From positions 1,080,001 to 1,112,000 of the forward strand of contig CP149973.1 in the NCBI GenBank assembly GCA_029269845.2: a stretch of DNA of 32,000 nucleotides. The letters run 5' to 3'. The translations under genes were made by a program, and so were the position numbers. The notes under the pieces are model-generated. The model was not told the DNA's origin and did not search any database. It saw only the letters and a list, made by a program, of their open reading frames with translations. Positions 21,990 through 30,720 of this stretch are shown here, piece after piece (positions within the stretch are counted from its first letter, which is position 1; each line of letters opens with the position of its first letter). The DNA is from Opitutia bacterium KCR 482. GTDB taxonomy: Bacteria > Verrucomicrobiota > Verrucomicrobiia > Opitutales > Intestinicryptomonadaceae.

Positions 21990-22029
21990 GCGCGAACGGG
22001 CGCATAAAAAATTTTCAAAAAAAAAACTC

Positions 22030-22058
22030 TTGACAAATTCAAAACGCCCATCGATAAT
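22030..22058 (+). promoter_or_regulatory. Near-consensus sigma70-type promoter
   Basis: TTGACA (22030..22035), a 17-nt spacer, then GATAAT (22053..22058). An A10 run at 22017..22026 lies just upstream and resembles an UP element. Confidence 0.4.
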
Positions 22059-22064
22059 CACCTA

Positions 22065-22167
22065 CGAAAATAAAGATTACATTTCTCCTACGGGAGATGG
22101 GGTAAATAAATAAAGTAGAAAACAAACTGGTCGGTAGCGTGGGGGTACGCTACCGACCTTCTTTTTG
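22065..22167 (+). ncRNA. Candidate small RNA of about 100 nt; no family recognised
   Basis: The region is bounded by the promoter above and a strong terminator. It contains a 5' hairpin tctcc-UACG-ggaga (22084..22097) with a UNCG-type tetraloop, then an AU-rich linker with stops in all three frames. There is no ORF longer than 2 codons. Confidence 0.3.
22129..22167. terminator. Strong rho-independent terminator (12-bp stem), usable on both strands
   Basis: The stem ggtcggtagcgt (22129..22140) pairs with acgctaccgacc (22147..22158). The loop is 6 nt. It is followed by ttcttttt on the plus strand and by agtttgttttc on the minus strand. It lies 70 nt beyond the TauE stop. Confidence 0.7.
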
Positions 22168-22237
22168 TCAAATTCGCGCCCCGCCGCGCAAAACGCAAAT
22201 GGGCGCAAACTTCGGAAAGCCTCGGCGCAAGGCGGGC

Positions 22238-22999
22238 TTAGCAAAAGAACATCGCGGCGGTCGAAATAATCGTGGTCGCCACAATGAACGCCCTGTACCA
22301 CTTTTCGGGAAGCTTTTTCACAAACCAAATTCCGAAGACCGCGCCGAGCAGAATGAACGGAATGCCCACGGCTCCCACGGCGAGGCTTTTTGCGCCTATG
22401 TTGTCCCACGCAAAAATCTGGAACGGCAGCTTCATGTAGTTTACAAGCAGAAAAAACCACGCGTTTGTGCCCACAAAAACAAGCTTCGGAAGCCTCGCGC
22501 TCAGCAGGTATACCGACATAACGGGCCCCGCAGCGTTGCCAATCATAGTGGTAAATCCTCCCGCCACGCCGAACGACTGCGCGTACCACCACTTGCGGGC
22601 AATCGAGCCGTCGCACGCGCCGCCGCGCTCCGTCCAAAACATCACCACAAGCCCCAAAAATATGCAAAAGGCAATCAGAATTCTGAACTCGTCGGCGGGA
22701 ACGAAAGAATCAACGAATATCGCAAGGAAAAATCCGGCCACCGCAGGCGGCAGAAGTTTGAGCACAATCCGCCACGATGTCTGGCGGCGGTAGTAGCACA
22801 CGGCGACGAGGTCGGCAAAGCAGAGCATGGGAAGAATCACGCCCGTGGAGGGCTTCGCGCCGAAGGCTATCGCCATGAGCGGAATGGAAATCGTGTTTAT
22901 GCCCTGCATGCCCGTCTTCGACATTCCGACGAGCACCGCGCACAGAAAAAGCGTCCACATCTGGGCGGGCGACGAAAACAACTGTGAAAAATCGAACAT
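22238..22999 (-). CDS. TauE/SafE-family sulfite/anion exporter (DUF81 membrane protein)
   Basis: Trimmed to ATG 22999 (MFDFSQLF...). The family-typical N-terminus is LFLCAVLVGMSKTGMQGINTISIPLMAIAFG. It is a polytopic membrane protein of about 250 aa. Confidence 0.9.
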   Translation of the reverse strand: MFDFSQLFSSPAQMWTLFLCAVLVGMSKTGMQGINTISIPLMAIAFGAKPSTGVILPMLCFADLVAVCYYRRQTSWRIVLKLLPPAVAGFFLAIFVDSFVPADEFRILIAFCIFLGLVVMFWTERGGACDGSIARKWWYAQSFGVAGGFTTMIGNAAGPVMSVYLLSARLPKLVFVGTNAWFFLLVNYMKLPFQIFAWDNIGAKSLAVGAVGIPFILLGAVFGIWFVKKLPEKWYRAFIVATTIISTAAMFFC

Positions 23000-23148
23000 A
23001 ATCGGGCAATAATCGCCCCCGACGCGCGGATTGCGAGTTTTTTCAAACAAAAAAACGCCGAAAATGTCTATCTACCGCAACGCAAAAATGCGGCGGAATA
23101 ACGTTGAAATTATAAACGCTTCGCGCAAACTTCACTTCAAACCGATTA

Positions 23149-23691
23149 ATGAACATGACACTCGAAGAAAGACTCGAAAAATATCTCGGACAAAATCCGC
23201 AAATCGACCCCACAGCATACGTCAGCAAACACGCCGTCCTAATCGGAGACGTGAAAATCGGCGCGCATGCGAGCGTCTGGCCGGGCTGCGTGCTCCGCGC
23301 CGACATCAATTCGATTGAGATTGGCGAAGGCTCGAACATTCAGGACGGCACAATGGTGCACCTCGCCGACGACGCCGGCGTGAAAATCGGCAGAGACACA
23401 ACAATCGGGCACGGCGCGGTTATCCACGCGTGCGAAATCGGCAGCGAGTGCCTCATCGGAATGGGCGCGGTCGTGCTCGACAATGCGGTTATCGGCGACA
23501 ACTCCATTGTCGGCGCGGGCGCGGTAGTCACGAAAAACACGGTTGTTCCCGCGGGCTCGCTCGTGCTCGGCACTCCCGCAAAAATCGTAAAGCAGCTCGA
23601 CGACAAAACGAAAGAGGGTCTCGGCTACTGGTCGAAAAAGTACCGCAAACTCGCCGCGGCGAACAAGGCGAAGGAAGAGGCGTCCGAATAA
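23149..23691 (+). CDS. Gamma-carbonic-anhydrase-family / left-handed beta-helix (hexapeptide) protein
   Basis: Hexapeptide repeats are present, with the family signature IDPTAYVSKHAVLIGDVKIGAHASVWPGCVLRADINSIEIGEGSNIQDGTMVH. Confidence 0.9.
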   Translation: MNMTLEERLEKYLGQNPQIDPTAYVSKHAVLIGDVKIGAHASVWPGCVLRADINSIEIGEGSNIQDGTMVHLADDAGVKIGRDTTIGHGAVIHACEIGSECLIGMGAVVLDNAVIGDNSIVGAGAVVTKNTVVPAGSLVLGTPAKIVKQLDDKTKEGLGYWSKKYRKLAAANKAKEEASE

Positions 23692-24275
23692 TGAGCCTTG
23701 AAGACGCACTCAGACGGCGCGCCGAACGCGTGGCGCGACTCCGCGAAACCTGCGCCGACATCTTCGCGCTGTCGCAAAACATCTCGCTCGAAATCGGCTG
23801 CGGCAAGGGGCACTGGCTGAGCGCGTACGCCGCCGACAACCCCGACGAGCTGTGCGTCGGAATCGACCTCATCAGCGAGCGCGTGCGCGACTCGCAACGC
23901 CGCGCGAAAAACAAAAACGCCTCGAACGCGCATTTCGTCAAGGCGGAGGCTCTCGAATTTTTGGAGGCAATGCCGCGCGACGCGCGACTCGCCAAAATCT
24001 TCATATTTTTCCCCGACCCGTGGCCGAAGGAACGCCACCACAAACGCCGCCTCATGCAGCACGAATTTCTCGACTACATCAGGCAGTTCGCAAACGCGGG
24101 CACAAAGCTCTACTTCCGCACCGACTACCGCGAATACTTCGACTGGACGGCGGAAATCATCAACGAAAACTCCAACTGGAAAATCACCGAAGAGACCGAG
24201 CTTCCCCTCGAAGAGGTATCCCAATTCCAGCGCATTCTGCCCGAATTTTCAACGCTCGTAGCCGAAGCCGTCTAA
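23691..24275 (+). CDS. trmB: tRNA (guanine-N7)-methyltransferase TrmB
   Basis: Trimmed to ATG 23691 (MSLEDAL...), which overlaps the upstream TAA by 1 nt (TAATG). The SAM motif is LEIGCGKGHW, and the TrmB hallmark is FFPDPWPKERHHKRRL. Confidence 0.9.
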   Translation: MSLEDALRRRAERVARLRETCADIFALSQNISLEIGCGKGHWLSAYAADNPDELCVGIDLISERVRDSQRRAKNKNASNAHFVKAEALEFLEAMPRDARLAKIFIFFPDPWPKERHHKRRLMQHEFLDYIRQFANAGTKLYFRTDYREYFDWTAEIINENSNWKITEETELPLEEVSQFQRILPEFSTLVAEAV

Positions 24276-24466
24276 GCGGCGCGGAAGTTCGGCAAACGCA
24301 AGACGCTCCCGCAATCGGGCGCGTTTTTTTTGCGCCTCCGCGCCCCGAGCAAAACCGAGTCGGGCTTGGAGAACGGGCGCGGGCGTGCCGCGCAAAACCG
24401 GAGCGGCGAAAGCCGCCGACAATATCGCATAAGTCCGCTTCACATTTCCAGTTGTATTTTAGCGTT

Positions 24467-25267
24467 TTAAAATATTATCGAAACCGCCGCCATGAACGCC
24501 ATTCCCGAAAACACGCCGACAATCCCGTAGTGCTCCTCGCCGTATTCCTTCGCCATCGGCAGAAGCTCGTCGAGGGAGATGTAGACCATTATTCCCGCAG
24601 TCAGCGCGAGAGCCGCGCCCACAAGCTGCGGCGTCAAATACGGCGCGAGCGCAAAATACGCAAACACCGCCCCGAGCGGCTCGGCCATGCCCGAAAGAGT
24701 CGCCCAGCAGAACGCCTTGCGCTTGTCGCCCGTCGCCGAATAAATCGGCAGAGCCACCGACACGCCCTCGGGAATGTTGTGGAGCATTATCGCTATCGCC
24801 ACGCCGACTCCGACCTTGATGTCGTCCAAGCCCGCCACGAAAACCGAAAGCCCCTCCGGAAAATTGTGGATTGCAAGCGCGACCGCCGTAAAGACCGCCG
24901 CCCTCCCCGCTTTCGACGGACGCCCGTGCGCATGCGGCTCCGCGCCGCGCTCCGCCATTTCGTGGTCGACGTGTTCGGGAATGAAGTAGTCTATGACGCC
25001 CGCAAGCGCGACGCCCGCGAAGAACGCGAGCACCGCGAGGGCGTGTCCGAGCCTGTCGGAAATTCCGCCGCCCTGCATTTTCGCAATCGCCGTCGGCAGA
25101 ATGTCCGTAAAAGACAGGTAAACCATCACGCCCGCCGAAAAGCTCATTCCGAGCGCGAAAATCTTGAAGTCGTTTTTTCTGAGCGCGAACGTAAGCGCGG
25201 CTCCAACGCCCGTCGCCGCTCCGGCGACCAGCGCGAGTAGAAATGCAATCGGCGCGTTGTCTTCCAT
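24467..25267 (-). CDS. zupT: Zinc transporter ZupT (ZIP family)
   Basis: Trimmed to ATG 25267 (MEDNAPIAFLLALVAGAATGVGA). The ZIP signatures AIHNFPEGLSV and MLHNIPEGVSVA are present, and the protein is about 267 aa. Confidence 0.9.
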   Translation of the reverse strand: MEDNAPIAFLLALVAGAATGVGAALTFALRKNDFKIFALGMSFSAGVMVYLSFTDILPTAIAKMQGGGISDRLGHALAVLAFFAGVALAGVIDYFIPEHVDHEMAERGAEPHAHGRPSKAGRAAVFTAVALAIHNFPEGLSVFVAGLDDIKVGVGVAIAIMLHNIPEGVSVALPIYSATGDKRKAFCWATLSGMAEPLGAVFAYFALAPYLTPQLVGAALALTAGIMVYISLDELLPMAKEYGEEHYGIVGVFSGMAFMAAVSIIF

Positions 25268-25296
25268 GATTTTTGCTTTACATTTTTTTATTTGTT

Positions 25297-25347
25297 GACG
25301 ATAAAACACAATATTAAAAATCGTCTTTTTACGGAATCGGACGATTT
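25297..25347. promoter_or_regulatory. Candidate operator in the zupT / rubrerythrin divergent region: three GACGAT half-sites
   Basis: GACGAT lies at 25297..25302, ATCGTC at 25320..25325 and GACGAT at 25340..25345. The last two extend to the 8-nt inverted repeat aaatcgtc / gacgattt. Confidence 0.3.
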
Positions 25348-25365
25348 CAAAAAAAAGGAAACATC

Positions 25366-25935
25366 ATGGAATTAAAAGGCAGCAAAACAGAAAAGAACCT
25401 CATGTGCGCGTTCGCGGGCGAATCGCAGGCGCGGAACAAATACACCTACTTTGCAAGCGTCGCGAAGAAGGAGGGCTACGAACAGATTTCGGCAATCTTC
25501 ACGGAAACCGCCGACAACGAAAAGGAGCACGCAAAACGCTTCTACAAACTGCTCGGCAATACCGACGTGGAAATTCAGGCAACATGCGGCAGCCGCTTCG
25601 GCAATACATTCGAAAACCTCATCGCAGCAGCCGAGGGCGAATACGACGAATGGCACAACCTCTACTGCAACTTTGCCGACGTTGCCGACGCCGAGGGATT
25701 CGCGGAAATCGCGACGGTGTTCAGAAAAATCGCGGAGGTTGAGGCGCACCACGAAGCCCGCTACCGCGCCCTTGCGCAAAACGTAAAGGACGGCAAAGTT
25801 TTCAAAAAGGACGCGCCCGTGCGCTGGAAATGCCGCAACTGCGGATTCGTTTTCGAGGGCGCGGAAGCTCCCGAAAAGTGCCCCGCATGCGCCCACCCGC
25901 AGGCGTATTTCGAAGTGCTTGCCGACAATTTCTAA
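25366..25935 (+). CDS. rbr: Rubrerythrin
   Basis: The N-terminal diiron four-helix domain has [26 protein letters not shown] and [14 protein letters not shown] motifs. The C-terminal rubredoxin-like domain has CRNCG...CPACAHP. Confidence 0.95.
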   Translation: MELKGSKTEKNLMCAFAGESQARNKYTYFASVAKKEGYEQISAIFTETADNEKEHAKRFYKLLGNTDVEIQATCGSRFGNTFENLIAAAEGEYDEWHNLYCNFADVADAEGFAEIATVFRKIAEVEAHHEARYRALAQNVKDGKVFKKDAPVRWKCRNCGFVFEGAEAPEKCPACAHPQAYFEVLADNF

Positions 25936-25978
25936 ACATTTTCTCCGCCGCAAAAAAACGGCGGGGGTGCTTCAATAC

Positions 25979-26010
25979 AAAAAAAGGCGCGGAATTTTCC
26001 GCGCCTTTTT
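25979..26010. terminator. Bidirectional rho-independent terminator between rbr and the convergent lpt-like gene
   Basis: A perfect stem aaaaggcgcgg (25981..25991) pairs with ccgcgcctttt (25998..26008). The loop is aatttt. An A-run lies upstream and a T-run downstream. Confidence 0.7.
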
Positions 26011-26031
26011 TGTTCGCAAAGTTGCGTCAGG

Positions 26032-28236
26032 CTACTTGCGCTTTACGGGGAGCTTTATCGTCGGGCGCGAGGGAGCTTCGTCGTCCTCGTCGGGGGTCGT
26101 CGGGCGGACGAATCCGCCCGAGGGAGCCTGCGCGGGAGCGGGCGACGCCTCGCCCTCGACCGCCACCGACTGCGAGCCTTTGTTGTAGACTATTCTGTGC
26201 CCCGACAGGCGGGAGTTGTCCTCTCGGTTTATCACAACGGGGCTGTCTTCAAGCACAAGCATCTGCTCGTCGGCGTAGATGTCGGCGCGTCCGCACCTGA
26301 CCTCTTTCAGCCCCTGGTCGAGCTTCACGTTTTCGGTCATGGCAATCTGCGTGATTTCCTTTTGCGCTCCCGATTTCGGCGCGCGCATCACAACCTCAAT
26401 CTTGCCGCACGACGCCTCGGTATCGGTGCCGCTCACCTTTACGTTGCCCTGAAAATAGTAGCGGTCGTCCTTGTCGGAGCTTGTAAGCCACTGTTTGTCG
26501 CTTTTGATTACGGTTTTCGACGACGCGATTTTCGCCGCGCTTTCCGAATCTTTCATGCCGATGTTTCTAAACGGAGGAAGCACGATAGTCGGGCGTTTGT
26601 CTGGCTTCGCCGGATCGGTCGAAAGCTCGACGAATTTGTGCGGCTTCTTTTCCGTGCCGCCCGCGCCCTTCATTTTCAGGCGCGGATAGATTACGGCGTT
26701 TTCCGCCTGCGCGGAGTACGATTTCTGCCTGATTGAAACGCCGTCGCTTGCCGCTATTTTCTTTGCCGTGGTCGCGCCCGCGTCGTCGGATTCGGCGAAG
26801 ACGTCGAGCTTCTGGCAGTTCGCGGAGATGTCCGCCGACTCGATTGACACGTCGCGCCTGAACTCGAACTTCGTCGCCTTGCCGTCCTTCGAGAACGCCA
26901 GCACGCGCGACTTCACTCTTGTTTTCGTCTTTGCGGATTTTCCGCCCGACGCCGCGCCGAGAGCCGCGCCGACGTCCGCCGACTCCGCAAGCGAGACCCT
27001 CACGAAAGATTTTTTGCCCTCCGAAAGCGCAAGCCCCCTGTTTGCGTTGCGGACGAATACGACGGTGTCGGCTTGGAGCGTCGTGCCGCGCTTGGGGTTG
27101 TCGAGCCGCGCGTCGCCCGACAGGCGGATTTCGGATTTTTCGGGGAAGATTTCGAGCAGCGCGCCCGTCGCGATTCCGTCGTCGCTTGCGAAGCGGATTT
27201 TATCGTAGCCCGTGATGTGTTCGAGCTTCGCCTTTCCGCTGTCCGAGTCCGACGCCGCCGCGCGGAGCTTTCCGCATGTCGCGTTGAAGTCGTCCGCCGC
27301 AATTTTGACGTCGCCGTCTATGTCGAACATGGTTTTGCCGTCCTTGCGGTACATGACGATTTTGTCGGCGTAGATGTCGATTCTGTTTTCCGAGCCGTCC
27401 TTTTCGGCGTGGAAAACCTCCGCCTTGGCGCGGGTTGTCCTGTCGGAGTACGCTTCCACTTTCTGCGCCCCGCGGTCGAGGAGCATACGCGCCCCGCCGA
27501 GCTTCGCCTTGCTTGCGATGTCCGTAATTTGCGGATTCCCCGCGAGGTTCGCCCGCCCCGTCTGCGGGAAGATTTCTGCGCGTCCGGCGCGCGCCCTGCG
27601 CCCGTCGCGCGTCATGTCCACGTTTTCGGACGCCGTGATTTTGCCTATGCCGCCGCCCGATTTTGCGGCGTCAAGCTCGATTTTCCCGCAGCTTAAATCC
27701 ATCTCGGAATTTTTGACCGACACCGCGCCGCGAAGCACAAACACGTTCGCCCTGCCCTTGTAGTCGAGGCTCGCGTAGTCGCTTTTAAGCTTTGTGTCGG
27801 GCGATTTGCCGCCCTTTACGGAAATGTCCACGTCGGAGAAAACCTCCACAAAGCGCGGGTCGCCGAACCATTTCCATTTTTTCCCCGTCATGTCGAAATC
27901 GGCGGAGGAGACCGAAAGCTCGTCCGGGCTTTCCGAAATCTTCGTCGTCGGGTTTACCCTCGCCGACGGGCTTTTTATAGTGGCGCGAAGGACTGCGTCC
28001 GACTTCCCCTCGAAGAGGTCGAGCCTTATTCCGTCGATGTCCACGCGGTTTTCGTCCACATATTTTGCGCGGTCGCCGAAAAGCTCCCACTCTTTTACGC
28101 CCGTGTTTTCGTCGAAATTCGGAAGCTCGAAATTCGAGACCGTGCCGGGGAGCATTGTCGTCTGGCGCGCGCCCGAAGCGGGGCACACCGCGGCGGCTAA
28201 AACAAAAAGTATTATCGGAAGATTTTTCGGCATCAT
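26032..28236 (-). CDS. Large periplasmic protein with an LptC-like N-terminal module and several LptA/OstA-like modules
   Basis: Trimmed to ATG 28236 (MMPKNLPIILFVLAAAVCPASG, a signal or anchor sequence), which overlaps the elbB stop in an ATGA. LptA-like strings include YYFQGNVKVSGTDTEASCGKIEVV and RCGRADIYADEQMLVLEDSPVVINREDNSRLSGHRIVYNKGSQSVAVEG. Five recurring x-C-(G/Q)-(K/R) module motifs are present: LSCGKIEL, ATCGKLRA, ANCQKLDV, ASCGKIEV and VRCGRADI. The tail is Pro/acidic/basic. The longer track ORF overlaps elbB and is rejected. Confidence 0.75.
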   Translation of the reverse strand: MMPKNLPIILFVLAAAVCPASGARQTTMLPGTVSNFELPNFDENTGVKEWELFGDRAKYVDENRVDIDGIRLDLFEGKSDAVLRATIKSPSARVNPTTKISESPDELSVSSADFDMTGKKWKWFGDPRFVEVFSDVDISVKGGKSPDTKLKSDYASLDYKGRANVFVLRGAVSVKNSEMDLSCGKIELDAAKSGGGIGKITASENVDMTRDGRRARAGRAEIFPQTGRANLAGNPQITDIASKAKLGGARMLLDRGAQKVEAYSDRTTRAKAEVFHAEKDGSENRIDIYADKIVMYRKDGKTMFDIDGDVKIAADDFNATCGKLRAAASDSDSGKAKLEHITGYDKIRFASDDGIATGALLEIFPEKSEIRLSGDARLDNPKRGTTLQADTVVFVRNANRGLALSEGKKSFVRVSLAESADVGAALGAASGGKSAKTKTRVKSRVLAFSKDGKATKFEFRRDVSIESADISANCQKLDVFAESDDAGATTAKKIAASDGVSIRQKSYSAQAENAVIYPRLKMKGAGGTEKKPHKFVELSTDPAKPDKRPTIVLPPFRNIGMKDSESAAKIASSKTVIKSDKQWLTSSDKDDRYYFQGNVKVSGTDTEASCGKIEVVMRAPKSGAQKEITQIAMTENVKLDQGLKEVRCGRADIYADEQMLVLEDSPVVINREDNSRLSGHRIVYNKGSQSVAVEGEASPAPAQAPSGGFVRPTTPDEDDEAPSRPTIKLPVKRK

Positions 28237-28892
28237 TTTGCTGATTTTAACATTGCCGCCAACATCGCCCCGACGCCCCTGTCGATTTGCACGGTATCGG
28301 CGGCGAGCATGTACGCGGGAGTTGAAAAAACGTTCCTTTCGGAGTCGCAAACGAAGCCGTCGGCGGCGCATTCGACGTGCTCGCCGCCGAGCGCGCGGAT
28401 AGCCTCCGCCGTCTGCGGGTCGCGCCCTATCGTAAGCTTGACGCCGCCGCCTATCGACTTCGCCCCGATTACGGGCGAAATGCAGACGAAGCCCACGGGC
28501 TTGCCCGCCGAAACCATCGCCTTTACCGCCGCGTCAACCTCGGCGTTTACCGACATGTCCGCACCCCTGAACGCGAAGTCCGAAAGGTTTTTCGCCGCGC
28601 CGAAGCCGCCGGGGAAAACGAGAATGTCGAAGTCTTCCGCGCGGAATTCCGACAGAGCGGAGATTTCGCCGCGGGCGATTCTTGCGGACTCCGCAAGCAC
28701 GCTGCGCGCGCCGCTTTCGGGCGAGCCGTCCGCGTGGTTTACGGTATCCGACTGCGGAATGTCGGGCGCAAAAAACGCCGTCTTTGCGCCGAGTTTTTGA
28801 AGGTTCAAAAGTGTTATCACGGCTTCGTGGATTTCGGAGCCGTCGAAGACTCCGCAACCCGACAGTACTATTGCGGCGGTTTTGTTTTTCAT
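28233..28892 (-). CDS. elbB: ElbB-like DJ-1/PfpI-superfamily protein (glyoxalase / isoprenoid-biosynthesis-associated)
   Basis: The sequence is colinear with E. coli ElbB as I recall it: AIVLSGCGVFDGSEIHEAVITLL, FFAPD, NVLAESARIARGEI, VFPGGFGAAKNLSDFA, GKPVGFVCISP and TPAYML. Confidence 0.9.
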   Translation of the reverse strand: MKNKTAAIVLSGCGVFDGSEIHEAVITLLNLQKLGAKTAFFAPDIPQSDTVNHADGSPESGARSVLAESARIARGEISALSEFRAEDFDILVFPGGFGAAKNLSDFAFRGADMSVNAEVDAAVKAMVSAGKPVGFVCISPVIGAKSIGGGVKLTIGRDPQTAEAIRALGGEHVECAADGFVCDSERNVFSTPAYMLAADTVQIDRGVGAMLAAMLKSAK

Positions 28893-28932
28893 GTTGTCTT
28901 TATAAAATCGTTGGAGGGGCTTTTGTTCAACC

Positions 28933-29709
28933 CTAAATTTCGACGGACAGCCCGTCGTACGCCATATGACACGGCGCAGGGAGGTTCGGTTCCCATTCGC
29001 CGTAGTCGAGCCTGCCCGTGGTGTGTATGAAATACGACACTTTTGGCGAAATCTCGCGCGTGTATTCTATTGCCTCCTCCACGCTCAGGTGCGACGGGTG
29101 CTCCTGCGGGCGCAGGGCGTCTATGGCGAGCAGGTCGGCGTTTTTTGCAAGCTCTATCGCGCGGGGCGAAAGCATTTTGCAGTCGGTAAAATAGGCGAGC
29201 TTTTTGCCGCAGTCCTCAAACACAAGACCGAGCGTCTTTACGGGCCCGTGCGGAAGCTCTACCGACTTCACCGTCGCGCCGTTTGGCAGTTCGAGAGTCT
29301 CCGGCATTTTGTTTACGGCAAAGCACGGGTAGCCTTTCGAATGCGGGTGCTGGTCGAGGGCGTAGGGGAACATTGCGCGTATGCGCTCCAAGCCGTAGTC
29401 GTTGGAATAGACGGGGAGGACGTTGCCGTCGATTTTGTCGCAGAATCTGCGGAGGTCGTCCATACCCGCGATGTGGTCGGCGTGTCCATGCGTCAGAATG
29501 AAGATGTCGGCGAAGTCGATTCCGTTTTTCAGGCACTGAATGCGCAGCTCGGGCGAGGCGTCCACGAGAATCGAGCACGACGAAAGCTCTATGTACGCGC
29601 TCGTGCGGGTGCGCCAGTTTTTGGGGTTGGACAAATCCAAGCCGCGGTTCGTTCCGCCTATGACGGGCACGCCCTGGGAAGTGCCCGTTCCGAGAAACGT
29701 GATTTTCAT
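28933..29709 (-). CDS. MBL-fold metallo-hydrolase (PhnP-like phosphodiesterase subgroup)
   Basis: The N-terminus is MKITFLGTGTSQGVP. The HxHxDH motif is present (LTHGHADHIAG). The protein is about 258 aa. Confidence 0.85.
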   Translation of the reverse strand: MKITFLGTGTSQGVPVIGGTNRGLDLSNPKNWRTRTSAYIELSSCSILVDASPELRIQCLKNGIDFADIFILTHGHADHIAGMDDLRRFCDKIDGNVLPVYSNDYGLERIRAMFPYALDQHPHSKGYPCFAVNKMPETLELPNGATVKSVELPHGPVKTLGLVFEDCGKKLAYFTDCKMLSPRAIELAKNADLLAIDALRPQEHPSHLSVEEAIEYTREISPKVSYFIHTTGRLDYGEWEPNLPAPCHMAYDGLSVEI

Positions 29710-29724
29710 GCTCCCTCCCGACGG

Positions 29725-30720
29725 CTATTCGTAGTATTTGACGTAGGCGTTGCGGCGCAGACCTTCGAGCCATTTCTGGTACATTGCCTTGCCGTTCTGC
29801 TCGACGATTGTCCATTCAATCTGCTCGCGCACATCGTCGATGGACTGCACGCCCTCGTTCTTTTTGTCCTCCACTTTGAGAATGAAAATCATATCGCCTA
29901 TTTCCGTGGGCTTTGTAATCTCGCCGACTTTGAGAGCAAATACCTCGCGGTCGAGAACGGGGTTGAGTTCGCCCTTTTTGTACCAGCCCCAGTCGCCGCC
30001 CTTAGTGGAGCTGTCGTCCTTGCTGAAACGCTTGGCAAGCTCGGCGAAGTCCTCGCCCTTTTTGAGTCGTTCGACGATTTCGGCGGCGAGCTTGCGGTTT
30101 TCGTCGATGCTTGCATACATGCCCGTTTTGAGGGTAATAAGCCTGATTTTCACGCTCGCGGGAGAGTACCATTTGGACTTGTTGGCGTCGTAGTACTCCT
30201 TGATTTTCGCGGGGCTGATTTCCGACACCGTCTGGCGTTTCTGCCCCTGCATGTAGCCCACGATGATGTCCTTTTCCTGCTCGGCGCGGAACTGCTTTAT
30301 TGTCTTGCCCTGCGCCTGCACGAACTTGACGAACTCGGCGCGGTCGCCGTTGAACTCGCGGTTGAGGTAGTCGTCGAAATGCGTGTCGAGGTAGGACTGC
30401 GGAATGGTCATGCCCTTCGACTTGAACTCCTTTACGATAAGCTCGCGGTCAACCATGTTCTGGACGATTTCGCGCACGTAGGCGTTTACGCGGCTGGTGA
30501 ACTCGAACTCGGAACGCGCCGCCGCGCGGATTTGCGGAATGAACGGCTCGACCTCCTTCATGACCTCCGCGCGCGTGATGACCCTGTCTTCGACGACCGC
30601 GATGATGTTGTTTGTGCCGAGCACGCGTTTGTTGTCGGGGCGCAGAAGCCCCTGCGCAAAAGTCTGGCTGGCGGCGAGCGCTAGCATTGCAAAGGCTGCG
30701 GTAAAAAATCCTGTCTTCAT
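29725..30720 (-). CDS. Periplasmic peptidyl-prolyl isomerase, SurA-like N-domain plus PpiC/parvulin domain
   Basis: The signal peptide is MKTGFFTAAFAMLALAASQTFA. The parvulin block is GEDFAELAKRFSKDDSSTKGGDWGWYKKGELNPVLDREVFALKVGEITKPTEIGDMIFILKVEDKK. The ATG at 30720 overlaps the mfd stop (ATGA). Confidence 0.85.
   Translation of the reverse strand: MKTGFFTAAFAMLALAASQTFAQGLLRPDNKRVLGTNNIIAVVEDRVITRAEVMKEVEPFIPQIRAAARSEFEFTSRVNAYVREIVQNMVDRELIVKEFKSKGMTIPQSYLDTHFDDYLNREFNGDRAEFVKFVQAQGKTIKQFRAEQEKDIIVGYMQGQKRQTVSEISPAKIKEYYDANKSKWYSPASVKIRLITLKTGMYASIDENRKLAAEIVERLKKGEDFAELAKRFSKDDSSTKGGDWGWYKKGELNPVLDREVFALKVGEITKPTEIGDMIFILKVEDKKNEGVQSIDDVREQIEWTIVEQNGKAMYQKWLEGLRRNAYVKYYE

Noticed and set aside
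25943-25966. Hairpin immediately after the rubrerythrin stop (ctccgccg-caaaaaaa-cggcgggg)
   Set aside because: The stem is good, but there is no U-tract on either strand. The canonical bidirectional terminator lies 15 nt further on (25979..26010), so this hairpin is not called as a separate terminator.
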